Notes: generated by a model not told the origin, from the letters alone. A stretch of 6,602 nt of DNA from Amoeboradix gromovi X-113 (GCA_018985225.1 JADGIF010000566.1:1-6602), one strand, 5' to 3'. Positions 1 to 6,602 are shown, counted from the first letter of the stretch. Translations and numbers: made by a program.

Positions 1-9
1 TATTAATGA

Positions 10-72
10 TTTCCTCCGTATGGAGCACCTCCTTTAAAAACGAGTTAGTCTAGTTTTTATATTTGGTGTCCC
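10..72 (+). repeat. Left copy of a degenerate inverted repeat shared with 6457-6515
   Basis: Its reverse complement, GGGACAC-n6-TAAAAACTAGAC-taactcg-TTTTTAAaGGAG-gtgct-CCATACGgAG, matches 6457-6511, GGGACAC-n6-TAAAAACTAGAC-caagtta-TTTTTAAGGAG-ac-CCATACGaAG. Exact blocks of 7, 12 and 7 nt are collinear, and the first two have identical spacing. Confidence 0.8.
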
Positions 73-285
73 ATGTATCCTTTATATCTGAAGTAACTAC
101 ACAATACTGTATTTTTTATCATTTATAGAGGCGATGTAATAAAGTTTCTATTTGGTAACAGTAATCAATTTTAATTCAATAAAGCATTTATTATTGGGAT
201 CATTAATTTACCGCTTGAATTGACATTCTTATTACAGGTTTCCAATTGAACAACATAAAACACTCTTGCCACTCATGAATGACAA

Positions 286-648
286 ATGATCAAGGCAATT
301 CAGCCAAAATATTTGAATTCTGAAAAGCTATTAGGGATAGCAGACGCGGGATACTGCGGTTTAAGAAAGAAATTTGGTAAGACGTAATTAAGCATTTACT
401 GGTCAAAAGTGCGCAAGGTATTATGCTCACGAGAAAGCCAATTCAGAAAGACATAAATGTGTAAACTATCAAATGAAAGTGATAGACATCACCCGGCAGC
501 AATGAACATGTACCTGAAGTGCATGCGTCACTACTCTATGCGGACTCAGATAATGGTTGCTCACGCTTCCAACTGCAATAGTATGATTGGCTTAGTTTCT
601 CTGTGGAAATACTTGATTCTCTCTTACATAGGTGCTTTTAATGAGTGA
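286..648 (+). pseudogene. Possible decayed reading frame with a DDE-transposase-like ADAGY motif
   Basis: Frame +1 runs about 120 codons with only two internal TAA stops (385, 454). It includes LLGIADAGYCG (328-360), which resembles the D-x-G-Y second-aspartate motif of IS5/PIF-Harbinger/ISL2EU transposases. Only this one motif supports the call. Confidence 0.18.
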
Positions 649-1227
649 TACTCGTCGATTTTTATTAAGTTAAAGGAGGCATCTCAAAATGAAACTAGAT
701 AGACCTACTGAAGCTCATCCTGTTCATTTATAATCTTCCTGCAGCCTACTTTTTGTCTTCACCATAGTTTGGCAACTTATCTTTAACTGCAAGCTATTCC
801 ATGTATTCACGGCCAATCAATTTTACTTTCTTGGAAACCGAGACTCGAGCCTGATTAGAGTGTACTCCTCGTAAATGGAATACTGCTTATACGAACTTTC
901 ATACCTCTATGTTAAATCACATTAAAGTGGGCACACAGAAGTGCTCGCAGAGATGTTTTCATGAAATGTTGTTAATTATACTACTTTGAACACTGCAACA
1001 TGACTGCACTTCTCTCATAAGGCAATAAAATATATATTTGAGTCAAATGCCTTAATTAGGATTTTCTTCAACACATAAAGCAAATCCCACTTGTTTATCT
1101 GTTTAGCCTGATAAGAAACTATCAAGTCACTTGGAATTCGTTTACTAGCACTTTGCCCCAGATTATCTCTCCAATGTTAAACAATCCATAGAAAATCAGA
1201 TTTTTCAGCCGAAATTTCTTGCCACAT

Positions 1228-1238
1228 GCTGATTGGTC
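1228..1238 (-). promoter_or_regulatory. CCAAT/Y-box (NF-Y consensus GACCAATCAGC) upstream of the 83-aa ORF
   Basis: GCTGATTGGTC at 1228-1238 is a full match to the extended NF-Y consensus, about 80-90 nt upstream of ATG 1318. It is followed by TCACGTAACGG (1256-1266). Confidence 0.4.
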
Positions 1239-1317
1239 ATTTTCATTCTTCACACTCACGTAACGGCGGTTTAGTTTATTTATTTATCTCAGCTCATCCA
1301 CCTTTGTTACATTCTAA

Positions 1318-1569
1318 ATGAAGCCATCGAGCATAAAGATACTAAGACAAGAGTTAGCAGAGTATTATGATATAAACACAAAGAGCTATACCCAAGACAG
1401 AATCATAAAAGAATCACAATTCATGTTGAAACAATTACTTCAATCCAAGCGTCAACTTAGAAACAAAACCATGATTATCGAGGACTACTTCGAGGACTTG
1501 CGCGAGATACTAAGACCCTACAAAGAGTCTTATTCTGACGACGATCAGGAATACAAGCGATTCTTTTAA
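1318..1569 (+). CDS. Small hypothetical protein (83 aa, predicted helical, acidic C-terminus)
   Basis: The composition is protein-like (K/E/Q/L/I/Y-rich). The start context is AAATG with an in-frame TAA just before it. There is a CCAAT box about 85 nt upstream and AATAAA 14 nt after the stop, and the ORF converges on the copine 3' end across a 90-nt gap. I do not recognise a family with confidence. Confidence 0.55.
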   Translation: MKPSSIKILRQELAEYYDINTKSYTQDRIIKESQFMLKQLLQSKRQLRNKTMIIEDYFEDLREILRPYKESYSDDDQEYKRFF

Positions 1570-1582
1570 GTTCTTTTTGTAC

Positions 1583-1588
1583 AATAAA
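1583..1588 (+). terminator. Putative polyadenylation signal AATAAA for the 83-aa ORF
   Basis: AATAAA lies 14 nt downstream of the TAA stop, in the short convergent intergenic gap. The motif is common in AT-rich DNA. Confidence 0.3.
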
Positions 1589-1659
1589 TTTATGCTTTAT
1601 CTTACGGAATTACTGTCAAAGCTGAAATATGAAAGAAGTCAAAAAAGCGCTAAATTTAC

Positions 1660-3251
1660 TCATAAGTTTCTCTTCAATTCGCCAGGAGGTAATTCAAATA
1701 CCGGCCCATATTCATTTTTAACCATATACTCAATCAATTGTTTTGGAACTTCTCCCAACAACTCGCTAGGAAGTCTTGTTGCTATGGAATCGCTGTCTGG
1801 AAAATCCTTCATCGCTACAAATTGCACAATATCCCTAGGTGCTAATCTTCCCTTTTTGTCTTTCAGTCCTTCGTTGTCACCGTCTAAAATCTTCATTTTC
1901 CCAAAATCTGCGTTTCCTATCCCCACTATTATAATAGATAACGGGTACGCACACGCTTCTATTATCATTTCTATGGTATCATCCATATCAGTTAGTTCTC
2001 CGTCAGTGCATATTAACAATATAAAATATTTCTCTGCACCTCTTCCTTCAGTTTCGCACACATTTATCATTTTTTTAATGATCGGAGCGCAGTTCTACAT
2101 CAGAATTTAACTACTGTTGGGCCAAAGAGTCTAACATTGTACAAGCAATTCCTGTAAGCTCGCAAAACGCCATCTATACCTTGTATATTAGGGTCCGCCT
2201 CATTGAAGTTAACATGAAAGTTGTGGTATACTTTACCATTTGCGAACTTGGCTCCAAACCCATAGGTTGGGAACGTCTTGTCGTTGTCATAGTATTCTAA
2301 AACACCCCCAATGCTACTTATAGCCTGCTCATACAGTGTAGGAACTAAGCTGGGCTGCTGTGGAGTGCCGATGTAATGTAAGGATCCTGGTTTATCTGCC
2401 TCTCCATTACTAGCTGTGTAATCAATCGCAACTGAAAAGCACAATTGTGTGCCAGATTGAATAAAATCTAGAAAAGTCCAATTTTTATGCACATAAATCT
2501 TACGAATAAGAAGAACGCCACTTCGCTTCCCGCTCTTTTTGCTGGGGTTTACCAAATCAATCTCACTTGTTACAGCAAGCCCTTTGTGATCTTGCATATC
2601 AAATTCACAGACACCAATGAGATCATCCTTGCTGTTTCTATCCCAATCCCAACATTCGATTCTAACTTTATTCTCGCCGATTTCGCTAAGAGGGAGATCA
2701 AATGATTTGAAAATAGGATCCAATGTGTTTTTTATAATTTCAGACTTGTGTACCTTGACATTACCATCCTTGTTCGCTTTGTATATTAACAAATAAGGAT
2801 CGGATTTGCCGAATAAGTCTTTTTTATCCAAGTTAGAACAGCTCAATGAAAATCGAACGTAAGCACCCAACAATTCTTTTTCGATTTCACGGGCAATAAC
2901 TTTTATTGATCCCTGTTGCTTTTTGTCAAGAACAATCGGAGCAGAATAACCGTCTAAACCTGCAGTCACAATATCACAAAGAACAATTGAAACGCTTCCC
3001 AGAGCCTCATATTTACCTTTTCCATCGTCGTCACGGACTTCGAAGACCAAGGTTTGAACCTTCTCAAAGAAATACTGCATCTGAACAAGTTTAAAAAAAG
3101 AAGGATTTAGATCGTCTTTCACTGTTTCTGTTTTTCCGATAACATTCTTGTTTTCATATACAACAACGTAAGGATCTGATTTGCTAAAGGTATCCTTATT
3201 TTTTAATTTTGTGCACGAAATTTTCAGTTCAAGAGAAATTGAAGAGTCCAT
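1660..3251 (-). CDS. CPNE: Copine (Ca2+-dependent phospholipid-binding protein, C2A-C2B-vWA); two exons 3251-2115 and 2094-1660, about 523 aa spliced
   Basis: C2A has LELKISC..LKNKDTFSKSDPY..TETVKDDLNPSF. C2B has CSNLDKKDLFGKSDPY..SEIIKNTLDP..WDWDRNSKDDLIG. The vWA domain has VAIDYTASNG (MIDAS-like), SLHY, YDNDKTFPTYGFGA, LFGPT|NCAPII, LLICTDGELTD, PLSIIIVGIGNADF, RDIVQFV and LGEVPKQL, all copine hallmarks. ORFs 2100..3251 and 1660..2070 join in frame once 2114-2095 is removed (379 + 144 aa). The stop is TGA at 1662-1660. Confidence 0.96.
2095..2114 (-). other. 20-nt spliceosomal (GT-AG) intron in the copine gene, phase 0
   Basis: The minus strand reads GGC CCA ACA | GTAGTTAAATTCTGATGTAG | AAC TGC GCT CCG ATC ATT. 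Excision restores the conserved copine motif GPTN.APII with no extra or missing residues. The intron contains the in-frame TGA that ends the upstream ORF and a CTGAT branch-point-like motif with A at -6. Confidence 0.9.
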
Positions 3252-3483
3252 TGAGGCGTTCTTGTTTCACAGTTATATACTTGAAATACAAATTTCAATC
3301 ACCAGCACACAACTACCCTAAAAGACTCGTAATTTTAAACTCTTAGTTTTGCCATTCAGTCTCTTCGTACGCGCTGTAATAGCGCTTTATAACTTGTCAT
3401 GTTTTACAGATGAACTAGCTTGGCAACCTAATACTACTATGTACTATGCAAAACGATGATGTTTTGTTCATCAACAGATCGCT

Positions 3484-3777
3484 TGAAGTACAGAATACGA
3501 TTACTGGTAAAAGTCTTTTTTCCGCAACTAATAAGCATGGTAGCATCGATGCTGCTGCCAATACGCAATCTATCCGGATTAGAAATCATACCTTTCTATA
3601 TCAGGCCTTGAGATCTTAAAAAGTACCAAGGAACCACTTTGCTGGTGTAAATAGTAGTTTATCACGTGTGTTTATGTGTAAAAAGAATATGAAGACATTT
3701 AATCATCACTGGTCTCTTTTACTCTAAAAATCGTAAGCATGGTAGTAGTTCATGTGATGCATGTAAATTCGGATTAA
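3484..3777 (+). repeat. Degenerate direct repeat, about 200-bp period (about 3484-3581 vs about 3690-3777)
   Basis: TAAGCATGGTAG occurs exactly at 3532-3543 and 3734-3745. Both copies are flanked by collinear TGAAG(T)ACA, ACTGGT, TCTTTT and CGGATTA blocks. Confidence 0.6.
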
Positions 3778-3788
3778 TCCGAGTTTAC
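3763..3788. repeat. 26-bp near-perfect palindrome GTAAATTCGGATTAATCCGAGTTTAC
   Basis: The 13-bp arms are complementary at 12/13 positions (single T3768/G3783 mismatch). The 14-bp core TCGGATTAATCCGA (3769-3782) is perfect. Confidence 0.85.
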
Positions 3789-4320
3789 TAACTCAATCGA
3801 TAAAAAAGTTAATTTGAAGCTGGTTTTTCTAGAGTTTGGGTAGTCAAGGGCGTAAATCTATATTTCCGAAATTTTAGTAATATACGATTCTAGAAATACA
3901 TCCTGGCAAGATGTAGAGCCTAGTGCAGGAATAAGTGTATATTTAAATGCATTTATCGCCTTTGGACATCAATGTGAGTCTAATAATGGAAAGCACATTG
4001 ATTTGAATACATCAAGTAGAGTTTTTGAATAATGCACAAAGCTATCGTTACTTAAAAAGAGACCATTCATCTTCTAATGGAGACTAAATTGCGTTTATCG
4101 ACGAAAGAGGAAATGTGACTCTATAAGACGAATCAGTTAATCAGGCATTTTGGTACAACCATATCGTATCCATGTGTAATAACTATTTTGAAGCGACAGT
4201 GGACAACAGAGTACAATGTTATTTGGAATCAGTTGAAGCGCACCAGTGACATGATTTGATTTTTTCTAGAAGAGGTGTAAAGAAAACATGCTGTATAAAA
4301 TTTATCAGACTTTAACAGTT

Positions 4321-4337
4321 ATCAGGCTCAGCCTGAT
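4321..4337. promoter_or_regulatory. Dyad ATCAGGCT-C-AGCCTGAT just upstream of Pif1
   Basis: Perfect 8-bp inverted arms with a 1-nt spacer lie 39 nt before the Pif1 ATG and 20 nt after TATAAAA (4294-4300). The regulatory role is inferred. Confidence 0.35.
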
Positions 4338-4375
4338 TCTATCGTTATAGCTCTCCTTCTGTTTTCAAAATTCTT

Positions 4376-5713
4376 ATGAAATGGAATCGGGAGCAGCAAA
4401 ACATTTTAAATCTAGTCAAATCTGGAAAATCGGTCTTCTTTAGTGGTCCAGCTGGTAGTGGAAAATCCCATTTGCTAAAAGCCATAATAACCGAATTAAA
4501 GTTTAAATTTGGAGACTCTAATCTCATTGGTGTGCTGTCGACTACTGGAATTAGTGCAATTAATATTGGAGGCATAACTTTGCACAGTTTCTTCCGAATC
4601 GGTACCGGTGAAGACCCTGTTGATGTTCTAATTTATAAAAATCGCAGAAACAAGAATTGGATTAACACTAGAGCCATTATAATCGATGAGATCAGTATGC
4701 TAGACGGTCAGTTATTTGACAAACTGGAGTTTATGGCTCAGAATATCAGAGGTCCAAACAGTGGACCTTTCGGTGGTTTACAACTCATTGTTTGCGGAGA
4801 CTTTTATCAGCTACCACCAGCGAATAAAAACTCGACCTACTGCTTTGAATCCTCTACCTGGGATTCCTGTATTACTGAGTCAGTTTTACTGAAAAAGATT
4901 TATCGTCAGAAATCACAAGCCTTTGTGGATATTTTAAACGAAATCCGAAACGATATTGCCAAGCCCCGGACTAGAGCACTCATAATAAGTCAAAAAAGAG
5001 TAGAATTTGATGTCACTGACGGAATAGAACCTACTTGTCTCTTCTCTAGCAACATTGACGTTGATTTCATAAATAATCAGAAGCTAAATGAGCTTATCGG
5101 CGAAACTACTACATTTCAGGGTAAGTTCAATGGCAACAAGCTGCATGTTGAACATTTAATCAAAAATTCGAGATGTCCATTTAAATTGAAATTGAAATTA
5201 AATGCCCAAGTTATGCTCCTAAAAAATATTGACATTGAAAACGGCTTAGTAAATGGCTTAAAAGGTATAGTAGTAGATCTAAAAGAGTCCTTACCCCTGG
5301 TTCTTTTCGAAAACAAATCTGAACCAATTCTGGTTCACCCTCATAAGTTTGAATTCACTGATCCTTTAACCCGCAGAACCAAAGCTACGTACACACAAAT
5401 ACCGTTGACTCTATGCTGGGCTTGTACGATACACAAATCTCAAGGTTCTACCATCTCAAAATTAATCGTTGATTGTAAAGGTATCTTCTCATATGGCCAG
5501 CTATATGTTGCATTAAGTAGAGCACAAAAATGGGAGCAACTGAAGATTGTCAATTTCAATCCCACTCATATAAAAACCGATCCCAAAGTAGTTAAATTTT
5601 ACGAGAGATTAAACAGACTGCAATCTAGACAAGATGTGAGTAGCCCTAACACTGTAACGAAATCATCCAGCAACTCATTAGATCCGTCGGATCTAAAAAC
5701 AAATGGAAACTAA
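4376..5713 (+). CDS. PIF1: Pif1-family ATP-dependent 5'-3' DNA helicase (SF1B), 445 aa, helicase core only
   Basis: The ORF has a Q-motif region (REQQNIL), Walker A (GPAGSGKS), Ia (STTGISAINIGGITLHSF), Walker B (IIIDEISM), III (PFGGLQLIVCGDFYQLPP), IV (LKKIYRQ), the Pif1 signature (LKLKLNAQVMLLKNIDIENGLVNG), V (WACTIHKSQGST) and VI (GQLYVALSRA). An in-frame TGA at 4334-4336 limits any unspliced N-terminal extension. Confidence 0.96.
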   Translation: MKWNREQQNILNLVKSGKSVFFSGPAGSGKSHLLKAIITELKFKFGDSNLIGVLSTTGISAINIGGITLHSFFRIGTGEDPVDVLIYKNRRNKNWINTRAIIIDEISMLDGQLFDKLEFMAQNIRGPNSGPFGGLQLIVCGDFYQLPPANKNSTYCFESSTWDSCITESVLLKKIYRQKSQAFVDILNEIRNDIAKPRTRALIISQKRVEFDVTDGIEPTCLFSSNIDVDFINNQKLNELIGETTTFQGKFNGNKLHVEHLIKNSRCPFKLKLKLNAQVMLLKNIDIENGLVNGLKGIVVDLKESLPLVLFENKSEPILVHPHKFEFTDPLTRRTKATYTQIPLTLCWACTIHKSQGSTISKLIVDCKGIFSYGQLYVALSRAQKWEQLKIVNFNPTHIKTDPKVVKFYERLNRLQSRQDVSSPNTVTKSSSNSLDPSDLKTNGN

Positions 5714-6319
5714 AGATCGTTAGTAGATGGCGAAGCCCACAAAAATAAAGTTATGATCACAACTGTTAAAAGATAGTGTCTTTAAATCATTCAAAGAGAT
5801 TGGCAAGTAGCTGCAACTAATTATCAATTCCGTATGGATTCACATCTAGTCGGTAAACATGTTTCCGTATAAATCCCTGCGCTTTTGAAATTGTGCACCA
5901 CCTGAGAAAGTATGACAGAAGTCGTTCAGCACTAGTTCACCTGCTTTTCTTTTTACCACCTGGATTAATGTCTCAGCAATCTTGATGTTGACACAAAACT
6001 AAGTTGTTTCAACAATGCCTGAACACCCTGCTGTTTGTTTTTCCTTTGTACCTCGCTCGTCGTCGCGTTTTAATAAGTTCTGCTCCAGTTCTAGAAACAA
6101 TCGCTGATTCAACTTCATATTCCAATAGCTACTTTCTTCAAGTTATTCGCCAAATAGATTCGACCTGAAGCACTGTGTTCAGTAAAAGCTTTCAGATTTT
6201 ATTCAAAAGCATTTAATGTAAGAGAACGAGATTCTCTAGGAAATATTAGAGACTAGAGAAAATGCAAATACTTCACCATTCATTTGTATGCAAAGTAGAA
6301 ATTGTACATTTTCAAAATG

Positions 6320-6512
6320 TTTCCGTATGGGTAAAAGGTTGAGCCAAAATGTTGGACAACCTGCGGATACAACCCAGATACGGCAATTAAGTGCAGGGTT
6401 TTATTTGAATAGTTAAGAATGTTGTGCAAAACAAATTCTTTTATTTAGTAATGTTCGGGACACACTCTGTAAAAACTAGACCAAGTTATTTTTAAGGAGA
6501 CCCATACGAAGA
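6320..6512. mobile_element. Possible MITE-like non-autonomous element (about 190 bp)
   Basis: TTTCCGTATGGGT (6320-6332) and ACCCATACGAAGA (6500-6512) are inverted, matching at 11/13 with a perfect 9-bp core. The interior is non-coding and AT-rich, and the right part is repeated at the window start. No clear target-site duplication is visible. Confidence 0.35.
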
Positions 6513-6515
6513 AAA
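6457..6515 (-). repeat. Right copy of a degenerate inverted repeat shared with 10-72
   Basis: GGGACAC (6457-6463), TAAAAACTAGAC (6470-6481) and CCATACG (6502-6508) are the reverse complements of 66-72, 48-59 and 17-23. Confidence 0.8.
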
Positions 6516-6602
6516 GATTGTTATTTAATAAATCTATTCCTCTTTAAATTAAAACAAGAAGACCCAGTATCTCGTTCAAAGTAACAAGGTCTAAAAGCGT
6601 CT

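Noticed and set aside
457-648. 63-aa ORF as an independent gene
   Set aside because: The composition is atypical (Met/Cys/His-rich) and no motif is present. At most it is part of the decayed frame starting near 286.
1577-2110. 177-aa plus-strand ORF
   Set aside because: It is the antisense shadow of copine exon 2, is Ser/Ile/Phe-rich, has a non-ATG start and shows no recognisable motifs.
2070-2114. Copine as two genes, a pseudogene or a programmed frameshift
   Set aside because: Exact removal of a GT..AG 20-mer restores the conserved motif. A frameshift would leave 6-7 extra residues inside GPTN, and both halves are otherwise intact.
2487-3094. Plus-strand ORFs 2487..2705 and 2906..3094
   Set aside because: Both are short and lie antisense within the well-supported copine CDS.
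4288-4375. Upstream Pif1 exon from ATG 4288 via a short intron
   Set aside because: The candidate splice pairs I tried (4318-4350 GT-AG and 4331-4350 GC-AG) do not join in frame with the helicase ORF.
4345-5316. Minus-strand ORFs 4345..4575 and 5116..5316
   Set aside because: Both are antisense shadows of Pif1.
3763-5713. Helitron interpretation of Pif1 plus hairpin
   Set aside because: There is no HUH Rep domain, the helicase motifs are of cellular Pif1 type, and no hairpin-plus-CTRR terminus is present in the right position.
6040-6122. EYEVESAIVSR on the minus strand resembling a chromodomain start
   Set aside because: The downstream YLVKW core is missing and the frame closes quickly, so this is probably chance.
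1-6602. CRISPR array, tRNA, rRNA, telomeric repeats or alternative genetic code
   Set aside because: I saw no regularly spaced repeats, cloverleaf or rRNA signatures, or telomere tracts. The conserved genes translate cleanly in the standard code with TAA and TGA stops.

Overview
AT-rich DNA that looks eukaryotic and uses the standard genetic code. It holds two clearly recognisable genes transcribed divergently. The first is a copine (C2-C2-vWA; minus strand, 3251-1660). The ORF track splits it in two, but removing one 20-nt GT..AG intron (2114-2095) restores a single protein of about 523 aa. The second is an intronless, core-only Pif1-family SF1B DNA helicase (plus strand, 4376-5713). A small 83-aa orphan ORF (1318-1569) converges on the copine. 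The non-coding DNA is structured. The two ends of the window carry a degenerate inverted repeat of about 65 bp (about 10-72 vs 6457-6515). The right-hand copy lies in a MITE-like unit of about 190 bp bounded by CGTATGGGT/ACCCATACG. A possible decayed DDE-transposase-like frame follows the left copy. The copine-Pif1 intergenic region has a degenerate duplication with about 200-bp period, a 26-bp near-perfect palindrome and a recurrent ATCAGGC motif. The best-supported unusual result is the ultra-short intron. The idea that the whole Pif1+copine block is an inverted-repeat-bounded mobile unit is a hypothesis only.
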